A DNA stretch of 47,870 bases from Silvanigrella sp. (GCF_044369315.1 NZ_JBIPMD010000001.1:1-47870), one strand, 5' to 3'. Counted from the stretch's first letter, positions 1 through 10,584 are shown. The notes: generated by a model not told the origin, from the letters alone. Translations and numbers: made by a program.

Positions 1-96
1 GAAGTTTACTACAATCGTGTTAGAAAGCATTCGTCGAATGGATATCTGTCTCCAGTTATATTTGAAATAACTAGACCAATGAAAAAGGTCGGTTAA
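1..96 (+). CDS. IS3-family transposase OrfB, C-terminal fragment (partial)
   Basis: EVYYNRVRKHSSNGYLSPVIFEITRPMKKVG*, stop TAA at 94-96. Too short to appear in the ORF track. Confidence 0.85.
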   Translation, partial: EVYYNRVRKHSSNGYLSPVIFEITRPMKKVG

Positions 97-98
97 TT

Positions 99-124
99 GT
101 GTCTATAAAATTGGGGGAAGATCA
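99..124 (-). repeat. Right terminal inverted repeat of the IS3-family element
   Basis: Reverse complement TGATCTTCCCCCAATTTTATAGACAC resembles the IS3 terminus TGATCTTACCCAGCAATAGTGGACAC (5'-TG start, GACAC inner box). Confidence 0.85.
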
Positions 125-1056
125 GTTATGTAACATTTACAGAAGCTGATCAAGGACTCATAATAGATTCTGCAGAATCAAATATTCCCGATTTTCAAGA
201 TAGTTTTTCATTATTGGAATATGCAGAACTAAATAAAAACAATCCTTCAATTATAAATCTTAAACGAAAGAAAAATTGATATGAATTTTATAAAAAAATT
301 AACGCATGCGGATACTCCTCTTGTTTTCATATAGACACTAAAAGATAATTATTTTAGCTGGAAAAAATGGTCTATTGGAGTAGGTCATTATTACGTTTTA
401 TTAAGTAATTACGAAACTGGTGAAACAATAATTAAAAAAAGAGAAAATTTAAAATATGACTCAGCACCAAAATTCGTTAGATTTATTTCATCAAATAATA
501 ATGAATTTGATATATTTTGGAAAGATATGTGGAATTTAAATAATGGAATTTATAAGAAAAAAGTTATTAATTTTTCTTATGAAACTCTAGGAATATTTTT
601 TAATTATGATAGTGAACTTGTAAATAATATTAATTATATTATTAAAAACAATAAAATGATTCCTATAAGTATTTAGGGAAGAGCTAATTTAGATTTAAAA
701 AAAACATGAATTTAGATGATTGAAAATTGAATTTAAATTCTCCAATGCATATTGTTGGAATTCAAGCTTCACATAAAGATCCATCATATGTTTTTAGTTA
801 TTTTAGAAAAGGGAGTTTTTATGAAAATATTGAAGACTATTTTGATAAAATTATTTTATCTAATGACCCTAAAGAAAAATTGAAGTATTCTAAATTATTA
901 AGTACATATTTATCTGAAAGTGCAATTTTAGTTCCTTTATGGGATTTATATTCTGTTTATTTTTATGATTCAAATAAAATTGACTCATCAACTTTTATAG
1001 CACAGCCAAGAGGAATGAGATTAAAGGTATGGGAAATTAAATTAAATAAAGAATAA
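125..1056 (+). pseudogene. Degraded ABC transporter substrate-binding protein (family 5, OppA/DppA-like)
   Basis: Fragments in shifting frames with internal stops: WKKWSIGVGHYYV (IGxGPY-like), APKFVRF, and the 727-1056 C-terminal piece DPSYVFSYF...SESAILVPLWDLYSVYFY. The 5' end abuts the IS. Confidence 0.65.
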
Positions 1057-1142
1057 TTTAAAATTTCCTAAATTTTTCTACTTGGATTTATTCCTAAAAC
1101 ACGCTAATAGCAAACCTATCCCCACATGAAAACTAAAAGGAG

Positions 1143-1955
1143 GTGGATATGGATTACTCTAAAGCAATTGGCCATTTAATTCCATTTATACTAGAAAAAT
1201 ACGAAAAATTTGAATTAGAGTCTGAAAATGCAACGAAAGATTTTTTGGAACAAAATCCCTCTGAAAAAATAGCTTGTATAAAAGGCTGTGGAGCTTGTTG
1301 TTACTTTCCTTTAGTACCAATTACTGCTGGGGAAGCATTTGTTTTATTAAATAGGCTTCTTGCTGAAGGAATTGACCTCAATCAATTAGCTGAAAAATTA
1401 TTCCTTTATTCAGAAAAATACTTTGAAAACGCTAATGAAAATGGTGCACTTCCTTTTATAGATTCAGATCAAAAAAAGTTTTTAACAAAAAAACTTCCTT
1501 GTCCTTTTTTTGTTAAGGAAGAGAAAAATGAGTTTTCAGGGCATTGTGGCATATTTGGGCTACGTCCTTTAGTTTGCGGCTTCTATAATAGTATCGATTC
1601 TCCAAAACTCTGCGCACAAAAATTATCACATAGAAGTATTGAACAAGCAGTTGGATTAGGTTCATTCACTCAAGATTCCATTAGAGATTTTGAAAGAAAA
1701 ACTTTTGGAAGAAGTACTTTAGGACATCTTCCTTTATTATTAGCAGCACTTTGTACAAAAGAAGGATTAGAAGCTTTTTTAAATGAGGTTCCGCTGACGG
1801 AAGAAGAATTAAAAGAAGATTTTGCCGAAGGAGTCCACGATTTTTCGCTTTATGCCGAAATGCTGAAAAGTATAGGATATCATATTGGAGAAAATGATTT
1901 ACTTGCTTTAGAACAAGCTCAATCTGAAATGATTAAAAATTGTTTACCAACATAA
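1143..1955 (+). CDS. YkgJ-family (CxxxCxxCC) Fe-S/Zn cysteine-cluster protein
   Basis: CIKGCGACC, CPFF, HCGIFGLRPLVCGFY motifs; strong RBS AGGAGG before the start. Confidence 0.8.
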   Translation: MDMDYSKAIGHLIPFILEKYEKFELESENATKDFLEQNPSEKIACIKGCGACCYFPLVPITAGEAFVLLNRLLAEGIDLNQLAEKLFLYSEKYFENANENGALPFIDSDQKKFLTKKLPCPFFVKEEKNEFSGHCGIFGLRPLVCGFYNSIDSPKLCAQKLSHRSIEQAVGLGSFTQDSIRDFERKTFGRSTLGHLPLLLAALCTKEGLEAFLNEVPLTEEELKEDFAEGVHDFSLYAEMLKSIGYHIGENDLLALEQAQSEMIKNCLPT

Positions 1956-2995
1956 ATGCCATTTTTTAAATAAATTTTAGTAGTTATTTTTTTTGCTTGT
2001 TTCATATTTAAAAAATATTTTTTACATGAAAATGTACTATGTTTTTCTTTAATATCTGAACCAGATATATTTGGTAAAGTTATTCTATCTATTAAAATAT
2101 CATCGACATACCATTCATGATATATTCTTGAATAAAATCCTGTTGGAGCAATAATAGGAGATATCGCACAAATTTGTTTTCCCGAATTTATTGTTTTTAA
2201 AAATTCTTTCCTTGTTTTAATATTTCCTTTAATAAGTTCATAAGAATTACTGCTAGGCTTTTCAATAGAATAATTACTATTTTCAACCCAAATTGAGATA
2301 ACAGGAAATTGATATTCTGATGGTATAAAAGAATGAATAGCAATAATAATTGTTAAAATAAAAGAAGCCGCAATTTCTTGTATTTTAATTTTTCGATTTA
2401 TAACAAAAGAATTCCAAGGAAAAATAACAAAAAAACAAACTACGGTAAACCATACATAATAATAATCTATGAATTTAGGAAATAGTACCGCATATAAAAA
2501 ACCAAAAGCCATACAAGAGGATATGAGTCTTAAAAATAATCTGAAAATTTGTATTTTAAATAATCTTACCCAAAAAGGATCCCATAAAGTCATTCCAACA
2601 AAAAAGGATAAAAAGAAAAGCCAAATCCATTCTTGCTTAAAATATAAAAACGGAAGACAAAACATAAATATATATTGAATAAAATATTGAGTTGCAGTTA
2701 ACCCAACAAATTCCAATAAATCTTTTTGTTTGTGAATATTAATATGAATTCTTGTTAATTTATTATGACTTTGTAAAGATATTTTTGTAATATAACTATA
2801 CCATGTAGACATAATTATAATTAGTAAAAAAAAGGCAAGAGTAAAAAAACCGAGTCTATATGCTTTATCATAATCACGAGTCAGCCAAAAACTAGAACCT
2901 ATACCCCAAATTAAACTCGCCCATGGTAACAGGCGAGAGTATTTACTATATAAGGATTTTAAATGGCTTAAAAGTTTCAATTTACTCCCAAGCAC
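1919..2995 (-). CDS. Multi-pass membrane protein with C-terminal DUF2914-like domain (DUF5924-like)
   Basis: About 7 hydrophobic helices, then SPIIAPTGFYSRIYHEWYVDD...DRITL; lies 11 nt downstream of icd on the same strand. Confidence 0.6.
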   Translation of the reverse strand: MLGSKLKLLSHLKSLYSKYSRLLPWASLIWGIGSSFWLTRDYDKAYRLGFFTLAFFLLIIIMSTWYSYITKISLQSHNKLTRIHINIHKQKDLLEFVGLTATQYFIQYIFMFCLPFLYFKQEWIWLFFLSFFVGMTLWDPFWVRLFKIQIFRLFLRLISSCMAFGFLYAVLFPKFIDYYYVWFTVVCFFVIFPWNSFVINRKIKIQEIAASFILTIIIAIHSFIPSEYQFPVISIWVENSNYSIEKPSSNSYELIKGNIKTRKEFLKTINSGKQICAISPIIAPTGFYSRIYHEWYVDDILIDRITLPNISGSDIKEKHSTFSCKKYFLNMKQAKKITTKIYLKNGIYVGKQFLIISD

Positions 2996-3006
2996 CCTTT
3001 CCTTTA

Positions 3007-4239
3007 TTACATATTTGAAATAATAGCCTTAGCAAATTCAGAACACTTTACTTCTTTTGCTCCTGGTAACTGACGAGCAAAATCATAAGTTACTACTTTT
3101 TGAGCCAAAGTTTTTTCAAATGCTTTTTCTATTAAAGAAACAACTTCATTCCAGCCAAGGTATTCAAACATCATGTTACCACTTAAAATAACAGATCCTG
3201 GATTTACTTTATCTTGACCAGCATATTTAGGAGCTGTTCCATGAGTTGCTTCAAATAAAGCGTAACCATCTCCTATGTTAGCACCAGGAGCAATTCCTAA
3301 TCCACCAACCTGAGCAGCTAATGCATCGGAAAGATAGTCACCATTTAAATTTGTACATGCAAGAACTTCATATTCATCAGGACGTAACAAAGCTTGTTGG
3401 AACATATTGTCAGCAATAGCATCTTTAACTAAGATTTTTCCTGCTGGAGGATTTCCATTACATTCATCCCAAGTTACGCATTGATCACGAAACTCAGTTT
3501 TAGCAACTTCGTAGCCCCAATCACGGAATGCACCTTCTGTAAATTTCATAATGTTACCTTTATGAACGATAGTAACACTTTTACATTTATTTTTAATTGC
3601 ATAGTTAATAGCTGCACGAACGAGACGCTTTGAGCCAAATTCACTAATTGGTTTAATTCCTAAGCCAGAATCTTCACGAACTTTTTTTCCAAGTGTATTT
3701 GCAAGAAATTCGCGTAATTTTTTTTGCTCTTCCGTGCCCGCTTTAAATTCAATACCAGCATAAATATCTTCTGTATTTTCACGGAAAATACACATATTCA
3801 CTTTTTGTGGCTCACGAACAGGTGATGGCACATTTGTGTACCAACGAACAGGACGAACGCATTGATAAAGATCCAAAATTTGACGAAGAGCAACATTTAA
3901 ACTTCTAATACCACCACCAACTGGAGTTGTTAGAGGTCCTTTGATAGCAACACGGTATTCTTTAATAGCATCAATTGTTTCGTCAGGAAGCCAATTCCCA
4001 TTTCCATTAAAAGATTTTTCTCCAGCCGGAACTTCCATCCAATGAATTTTCTTTTTACCGCCATATGCTTTTTCAACGGCAGCATCAAAAACCATTTGCG
4101 ACGCTTTCCAAATATCTGGTCCCGTACCATCTCCTTCAATATAAGGAATAATAGGATTATTTGGAACCTCTAATTTACCATTAGAATCCGCTTTAATATG
4201 AGAACCGCCTTGTGGGACAGTAATGAGCTTATATGACAT
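3007..4239 (-). CDS. icd: NADP-dependent isocitrate dehydrogenase
   Basis: [64 protein letters not shown]. Confidence 0.98.
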   Translation of the reverse strand: MSYKLITVPQGGSHIKADSNGKLEVPNNPIIPYIEGDGTGPDIWKASQMVFDAAVEKAYGGKKKIHWMEVPAGEKSFNGNGNWLPDETIDAIKEYRVAIKGPLTTPVGGGIRSLNVALRQILDLYQCVRPVRWYTNVPSPVREPQKVNMCIFRENTEDIYAGIEFKAGTEEQKKLREFLANTLGKKVREDSGLGIKPISEFGSKRLVRAAINYAIKNKCKSVTIVHKGNIMKFTEGAFRDWGYEVAKTEFRDQCVTWDECNGNPPAGKILVKDAIADNMFQQALLRPDEYEVLACTNLNGDYLSDALAAQVGGLGIAPGANIGDGYALFEATHGTAPKYAGQDKVNPGSVILSGNMMFEYLGWNEVVSLIEKAFEKTLAQKVVTYDFARQLPGAKEVKCSEFAKAIISNM

Positions 4240-4273
4240 TATGGAAATCCTCCCTTTTTACCAAGATAGTGTT

Positions 4274-4295
4274 TTGGAAAGGTTGGCCTTTCCAA
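4274..4295. promoter_or_regulatory. Perfect 9-bp stem-loop in the icd leader / rluA 3' region
   Basis: TTGGAAAGG-ttgg-CCTTTCCAA. No U-tract follows on the minus strand, so its function is uncertain. Confidence 0.45.
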
Positions 4296-4376
4296 TAAAC
4301 AACGAAACAAGATACATTTTGATAAAACTATCTACAAATATTTTCAAGCTGATATGACATTTTTACGGATATAAAA

Positions 4377-5363
4377 TTATTTAACATCTTCAAAAATTTT
4401 TATTATACGTTGAAAATCATCTGGCAAAGAAGAATGAAATTCAAATTTTTCATTATTCAATTCAAAAGAAAGATTGCTTGCATGTAACATATGTCTTAAT
4501 GCAATTTGCGCATATTTATGCCCATAAATATTTTGTGAATAAGTTTTATCTCCTAATAAAGGGCAACCTGTTGCAGATAAATGCACTCTAATTTGATGAG
4601 TTCTTCCTGTTTTAGGTAAACAAGAAATTAAAGAGACATCACAATTTTTATAAGATTTTTTTACAATATAATTTGTTTCAGAAGATTTTGCATCTTTATT
4701 TTTTGAATTAGGATTTGTAATAGCAAAATAACAATTTTTTCTTGAATTATCTTTTGCAATTGGAAAATTAATTTCACCTTCTAATTTTTTAGGAGTATAG
4801 AAACATAATGCATCATAAGTTTTTTGAATTTTTTTATCTCTAAAAAGATCTTCAAATTTCTTTTGAGCTGTTTGGTTTTTTGCAATTATCATTAATCCAG
4901 AAGTGTCTTTATCTAAGCGATGAACTAAAAACATATTTTGAATATCAAATTTAGAAGAATCAAAATTAGCTAAAGCATGCAAAATAGTATCTTTACTTGA
5001 AGAAAGTGTTGCTTGAGATGCAATTCCAGCTGGTTTATTTATGATAAAAAATTCTTCATTTTCAAAAACAAGTGTATTATTATCAATAAATGTTCCTATT
5101 GTATTTTTTAAATTATATTGATTATGCTCCTTCTTTTTTTCACTTGAAATTTGATTTTCTTCCCAAAAAACTTCAATTTTATCTCCATTTTTTACTACTG
5201 ATTTTGCCATTTGAACTCTTTTTTTATTTATGTAAGCTCCTCCAGCATCAATAATAGATTTAATTTTTTTTCTACTAAGATCTTCAAATAGAGCTGCCGC
5301 AGCTACATCAAATCTTTCACCATTATACTCTGCAGTAATTTTGGCACATATCGATTTCAGCAT
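4377..5363 (-). CDS. RluA-family pseudouridine synthase with S4 domain (RluC/RluD-like)
   Basis: N-terminal S4 domain (RFD...LSRKKIKSII), INKPAGI, VHRLDKDTSG, TGRTHQIRVHL, PLLGDKTY, MLHA. Confidence 0.93.
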   Translation of the reverse strand: MLKSICAKITAEYNGERFDVAAAALFEDLSRKKIKSIIDAGGAYINKKRVQMAKSVVKNGDKIEVFWEENQISSEKKKEHNQYNLKNTIGTFIDNNTLVFENEEFFIINKPAGIASQATLSSSKDTILHALANFDSSKFDIQNMFLVHRLDKDTSGLMIIAKNQTAQKKFEDLFRDKKIQKTYDALCFYTPKKLEGEINFPIAKDNSRKNCYFAITNPNSKNKDAKSSETNYIVKKSYKNCDVSLISCLPKTGRTHQIRVHLSATGCPLLGDKTYSQNIYGHKYAQIALRHMLHASNLSFELNNEKFEFHSSLPDDFQRIIKIFEDVK

Positions 5364-5516
5364 AATTATTCCTTAATAATAGCATGTTATAAAAAATTCA
5401 GAAAATTTGGATGACAAGCCAAGGTTTTTATTGCACACAAGCCTTTCAAAGTGATTTTAGTCTTACTATAAACATGGCAGATCACTCTACTAACATTTTT
5501 AAAGGCAAGTGAGAGT

Positions 5517-7109
5517 ATGCAACTTAAACGAAACATATCCAAAACAAGTCTCCTATTTTTATCTATAGGATCTATTGTAGGTTCTGGATGGCTATTTGGA
5601 TCATTTTATACTGCACAAACAGCTGGTCCTGCTGCTATCCTTTCCTGGATATTAGGTGGAATTTGCGTTGGGATCATTGCCCTAACTTTTGCAGAGTTAT
5701 CTACTATGCTTCCTTTAAGCGGAGGATCTACCGCTTACTCTTTAATAAGTCATGGTAAAATGACAGGAGCTATTTTTGCTTGGATAACTTGGTTGTGGAC
5801 AATGGTAGTGGCTCCCATAGAAGTTCAAGCCGTTCTTCAATATGCTTCAAATTATATCCCAGATATTTCTCATAAAGTTGGAACATCTCACGCATTAACA
5901 GGAAAAGGTCTAATCTTAGCAACATTTTTAATGGCAATTTTATCCATAATAAATGTAATTGGCGTAAAATTTATGGCTGAAACCAATAAATTTGTTGTCA
6001 TTTGGAAATTAATTATTCCTATAGGCGTAGCTATACTTTTATTAACTGCAAATATTCATCCTTCTAATTTAACATCAGCTGGTTTTGCACCATTTGGTTT
6101 TGATGGAATTTTATCTTCAATTGCTGTTGGCGGAGTAAGCTTTTCTTTTTTTGGATTTCAAACAGCTATTTTCCTAGCGGGAGAAGCTAAAAACCCACAA
6201 AAATCAATTCCATTTGCTTTATTTGGTTCCATATTAGCGAGCATGACATTATACGCAGTTCTGCAATTAGGCTTTATTTTATCTGTCGACCCCTCTGCAA
6301 TTTCTGGTGGTTGGGATAAAATTAGTTTTTCAGGAGATTCTGGACCTCTTGCAGGAATATGTATTGCTTTAGGTTTTGCTTTTATGGTCAAAGTTTTATA
6401 TTTTGATGCGATTATTTCACCTTTTGGAACAGCAGTTGGATTTGTCGCTTCTTCATCAAGAATTTTATATTCAATGAGTTTACAGGGAGACGCTCCAAAA
6501 GCTTTTTCAAAAGTAAATCGATTTTCAATTCCTTGGCTTGCTATTGTTGCAAACTTTGTCATAGGAATGCTATTTTTTCTTCCATTTTCTGGATGGCAGT
6601 CAATGATAGCTTTTTTATCCGCTGCAATTGTATTATCTCTTGCTTGTGGGCCAATATGTTTACCTATATTCAGAGAAAAATTAAAAGATTTAGATCGCCC
6701 TTTTAAACTTCCTTTTCCAAAACTTTTATCTTTTTTAGCGTTTTATGTTTGTAACCTTATGCTTCAATGGACGGGATGGGAAACTGTTTGGAAACTTGAA
6801 GTAGCAGTTGCACTCGGTATTCTTATTTTTATTTCTTCACATTTATTGAATAAAAAAACAAGAAATGAAAAGTTACATTTAAAATCTTTTAGCTGGTTAA
6901 TTGTTTATCTTATTTTATCTGGAATCGTTTCATATTTTGGAACATTCAAAGGTGGAACTGGGCTCATTACAATGCAAATGGCATTTTTAGTTGTTGCTAT
7001 CACGAGTTTCATTGTTTTCATTTTAGCTCATAAAACAGCATTATCTGAAAAAGAATCAAGAGAAATTTATAATAAATTAATAAAGGATCACTCTTCTAGT
7101 AAAAAATAA
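5517..7109 (+). CDS. APC-family amino acid permease
   Basis: GSIVGSGWLFG, FAELSTMLPLSGG, GEAKNPQKSIP; 12-14 TM helices. Confidence 0.92.
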   Translation: MQLKRNISKTSLLFLSIGSIVGSGWLFGSFYTAQTAGPAAILSWILGGICVGIIALTFAELSTMLPLSGGSTAYSLISHGKMTGAIFAWITWLWTMVVAPIEVQAVLQYASNYIPDISHKVGTSHALTGKGLILATFLMAILSIINVIGVKFMAETNKFVVIWKLIIPIGVAILLLTANIHPSNLTSAGFAPFGFDGILSSIAVGGVSFSFFGFQTAIFLAGEAKNPQKSIPFALFGSILASMTLYAVLQLGFILSVDPSAISGGWDKISFSGDSGPLAGICIALGFAFMVKVLYFDAIISPFGTAVGFVASSSRILYSMSLQGDAPKAFSKVNRFSIPWLAIVANFVIGMLFFLPFSGWQSMIAFLSAAIVLSLACGPICLPIFREKLKDLDRPFKLPFPKLLSFLAFYVCNLMLQWTGWETVWKLEVAVALGILIFISSHLLNKKTRNEKLHLKSFSWLIVYLILSGIVSYFGTFKGGTGLITMQMAFLVVAITSFIVFILAHKTALSEKESREIYNKLIKDHSSSKK

Positions 7110-7115
7110 TTTATT

Positions 7116-8480
7116 TTATACTAGAATATTAGCTTTATTTTTTTCATTTGGTTTCTCTTTATAAAATAAAAAAGAATATAATCCACTTAAAATTAACAAA
7201 CTTAAAAATATAACAGATAACAATAAATTAAAGAAAACAAACAAAAAATAGATAAAACCAACGCAATTATTGGAAAAACAGGATAAAATGGAGTTAAAAA
7301 AGGTCGCTCTAAATTTGGCTCTTTCACTCTTAATTTAAATAAGGATAATATTGAAGTTATATACATTACAATTGCTCCAAATACGGACATTGTTACTATA
7401 TTTGCGCTTAAAGATTGTCCGCCAATTATAATTAAATTATCACTAAAAATAATTCCAATACCAAAAATACCACCTGCTATAATTGCTATATATGGGGTTT
7501 TAAATGTGGGATGAATTTTTGCTAAAAATTTTGGTAGAAATCCTTCTCTACCTAAGGCAAATATTTGTCTTGAATACCCCATAATAATTCCATGGAACGA
7601 GGCAACTAATCCAAATAAACCTAGCCAAACAAGCATATGCAACCAACCACTCTTTTGCCCGACAACAGCACGCATAGCTTCTGGAAGAGGATCATTTATG
7701 TTTGATAATTTTCTCCAATCACCGACACCACCAGCAAAAATCATAACTCCAATAGCTAATAAGATGAGTGTTAAAAATACCTGCTATATATGCTATTGGA
7801 ATTGTTTTTTTAGGGTTTTTGACTTCTTCCGCTGCCATCGCAGCTCCTTCAATTGCTAAGAAAAACCAGATAGCAAAAGGAATAGCTGCTAAAATTCCGC
7901 TTACGGTATGAAAACTAAAATGATTCTCTCCAGCCCAACCTGCATGAATAAAATTTGTAATTGAAAATCCTGTAGAAACAATTCCCATAAATACAAATAA
8001 TTCTATTATTGCTAAAATAGTTACAAAAAGTTCAAAAGTAGCTGCAATGCTAACTCCGACAATATTAAGAATCATAAAAACAAAATAACAAAATGTTGCT
8101 ATCCATTTTGCGCTTAAATCTGGAAATTGAACATTTAAATAAGCACCAATAGCTAAAGCAATAGCTGGTGGCGCAAATAAAAATTCAACCAAAGTTGCAA
8201 ATCCTGCAATAAATCCGCCTACAGGTCCAAATGCTCTATTTGCATAAGCAAATGGACCGCCTGCATGAGGAATAGCAGTTGTAAGTTCAGTAAAACTAAA
8301 TATAAATGTAAAATACATTACTGAAATAATTGCTGTAGTTACTAAAAACCCTAAAGTTCCTGCTGTTCCCCAAGCATAACTCCAACCAAAATATTCACCA
8401 GAAATAACAAGTCCAACAGCAATTCCCCAAAGTTGAAAAGTCCCCAAAACAGGTTTCAGTTTTGGCGCAGAATAATCCAT
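7116..8480 (-). pseudogene. eat: Ethanolamine permease, frameshifted twice
   Basis: QLWGIAVGLVISGEYFGWSY and PFAIWFFLAIEGAAMAAEE are Eat signatures. An extra T in the T5 run (A at 7773-7777) splits it into ORFs 7719-8501 and 7202-7744; removing it restores GILTLILLAIGVMIFAGG. A second shift near 7225 hides a final TM helix (SVIFLSLLILSGLYSFLFY...ILV*, stop 7116-7118). Confidence 0.85.
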
Positions 8481-8938
8481 AATTATTCCCTTTCTATCCA
8501 TAGAAAGATCTATTTAATAAAACTTATTTCAATTTTTTTTATTTACCATAAATTAAATATTATTTCCATATTAATATATTTTAATTTATGGTTATCTTTT
8601 TTTAAAAATTTTAATATATTTAATCCTAATATATTAATATCTTTTTAATAATGAATTAAAATTAAAATGATATTCGAATTTTTATTTTAAATATTTTTAA
8701 GTATTATTTATTTTAAATATTTTTTATTTTTAAAGTAACATCTTGAAAAAGAATTTTTTATTTAAGCTATAAATTTAATCTAAAATTTTCATATCCTCAA
8801 AAAAACCCTTTAAAAAGACCTTATAAAAACAAAAAGAAAGCTTCTAAAATTTTACTTCTTCTTTAAAAATAAGTATTTTTAACTCATTGAAAACAAAATA
8901 AGATGAATATAAGATGACTTAGAGGAGGAATTTTACCA

Positions 8939-9493
8939 ATGGTTACACGTCAATCTGGTATCCGCTTTTTTGAGCTTGGAGAAGAATGGAGAAACGCCTG
9001 GATTTCGGGCAGTAATTTAAAAGAGATTGCAAAAAATGCGGGACAAAACCCACAAATTGTTAGCAGAGCCATATGGCTAGCCCGTATTCCAGAGAGCTTA
9101 AAAAATGAAATGAAATCCTACCCCGAAATTTTTACAAGAAAATTACTTTTAGACACCTTCGCAGCAAAAAGAAGGCAATGCGAAAAAGATGGTTTTAAAA
9201 AACTAAGCCAAGAAGTTAAGAGATTTATTCAAAATGGGGCTGAAACAAAATCTATTTTAAAAAGAACAAATAAAAAAATAGTCTCGAAAAAGAAAGAAAT
9301 TAAAACAAATCCTATTATAAACATTCCAGAAGCCCTTTCAGGAGAAGCCAAAATAATTTCTCAACTGAAGGCACATTGTCGAATTACTTTTGACTCTCAG
9401 AGTGAGGGAGGAGAAATTCGAATTTTTTTTAATAACAAAAATGAATTAGATAAAATTATAAATAAAATTATGAATTCATCTAAATATATTTAA
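8939..9493 (+). CDS. ParB/Spo0J-like HTH plus C-terminal dimerisation protein, lacking the N-terminal CTPase domain
   Basis: LKEIAKNAGQNPQIVSRAIWLARIPESLK resembles the ParB HTH; GGEIRIFFNNKNELDKIINKI resembles the ParB C-terminal domain; no GxxRxxA motif; RBS GAGGAGG. Confidence 0.6.
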   Translation: MVTRQSGIRFFELGEEWRNAWISGSNLKEIAKNAGQNPQIVSRAIWLARIPESLKNEMKSYPEIFTRKLLLDTFAAKRRQCEKDGFKKLSQEVKRFIQNGAETKSILKRTNKKIVSKKKEIKTNPIINIPEALSGEAKIISQLKAHCRITFDSQSEGGEIRIFFNNKNELDKIINKIMNSSKYI

Positions 9494-10584
9494 GAACCTG
9501 CAGGCTCACTATTTTCTTTTCCTTTGACTGTATCTAAATCCGTTTTTTCTCTATTAATAATCTTCCAAGAGGATAATCCTACAATTAAGACAAAAAGAAC
9601 AAATAAAATATAAAATAATGGGCTGATAAAAACAGATAATGTCAAACAAATAAAACCTAACGTTCCACAAACAACAATATTTGTCATGACTTTATCAGAA
9701 GTATTTAATGGCAATTCGGCATCTAATACTGCTTTTGTATAACCTTGAATTAAAATCCGCCGTTCCCTTACGGTTGTAAAAAATTTAAAAAAACTTTTTG
9801 GAGAAAAGGAGTAACGAATAAACCAAAATGGCATATGAACGATATGAAGGCCTACAACTTCAAGTTCTGTTCGATGTTCATATAAGGAACCTATTTTTGT
9901 TTTAGCCATTCTTCTATGATATTCATTAATTTGATCTTTTGCTCTAGAAACCGCGGATAATTCTTTTGTCTGAATACTTGCTATAGCAATTTCATTTGCC
10001 TGTTCATATTTAAATGGTACTTTAGACTCATAAATTGGTTTAACCCCATCATCTTGAACACCCATAGTTTCATCTAAAGGAAAACCTTCCCAATCAACCA
10101 TAACGCTTTCTCTTGGGTGATGAAGACGTTCTAAACCCCAATGTTCTTTAGGCGATTTTCTTGCTAAAATTGCCCAACGATATCTTCTGCTAAAGCGACC
10201 TTCTTCTTTTAAATATCCAGATGCCAAGTCTCGCACTCTCCCTGGATACAAATTTTTCTTGGCGCTATGACCACTCCAAAAAGTATGTGCCTCCACTGAA
10301 ATAACCCAATAAGGTAACATAACTCCATAGGAGCCTAAAATATTAAATTCACTTTTTATTTTAGAAGGATTATGATACCTCTTCAGAATCCAATCATTAA
10401 ATATTTCTTCTATATTTTCTTTTTGAATATTTGATGGAATAATATAGTGATCATCAATAAGATCTTTTGCACCTTCTTCTGAATCTATAATAAAACCAGC
10501 TGAACAATATGGACATAAATGAATATAATCATCTGGATTATATTCAAATGAAGCTTGGCAAGATGCACAAGATACTTCAAACAT
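9490..10584 (-). CDS. Zinc-ribbon domain membrane protein
   Basis: N-terminal CASC...CPYC, a soluble body with PYW/PFW motifs, two C-terminal TM helices. Confidence 0.7.
   Translation of the reverse strand: MFEVSCASCQASFEYNPDDYIHLCPYCSAGFIIDSEEGAKDLIDDHYIIPSNIQKENIEEIFNDWILKRYHNPSKIKSEFNILGSYGVMLPYWVISVEAHTFWSGHSAKKNLYPGRVRDLASGYLKEEGRFSRRYRWAILARKSPKEHWGLERLHHPRESVMVDWEGFPLDETMGVQDDGVKPIYESKVPFKYEQANEIAIASIQTKELSAVSRAKDQINEYHRRMAKTKIGSLYEHRTELEVVGLHIVHMPFWFIRYSFSPKSFFKFFTTVRERRILIQGYTKAVLDAELPLNTSDKVMTNIVVCGTLGFICLTLSVFISPLFYILFVLFVLIVGLSSWKIINREKTDLDTVKGKENSEPAGS

Larger units (their letters stand above)
1..124 (+). mobile_element. IS3-family insertion sequence, 3' end (truncated by window edge)
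   Basis: Frame 1 reads EVYYNRVRKHSSNGYLSPVIFE...*, the YN-x2-R-x-HS-x2-GY-x-SP tail of IS3 OrfB. It is followed by an IS3-type right inverted repeat ending in CA at 124. Confidence 0.9.

Noticed and set aside
8433-8648. 71-aa ORF on the + strand
   Set aside because: Overlaps the eat 5' end antisense and is F/I/N/K-rich, as expected from AT-rich noise.
8502-8938. Possible oriC or parS region
   Set aside because: No TTATCCACA DnaA boxes or GTTTCACGTGAAAC parS seen, and no dnaA, gidA or parA nearby.
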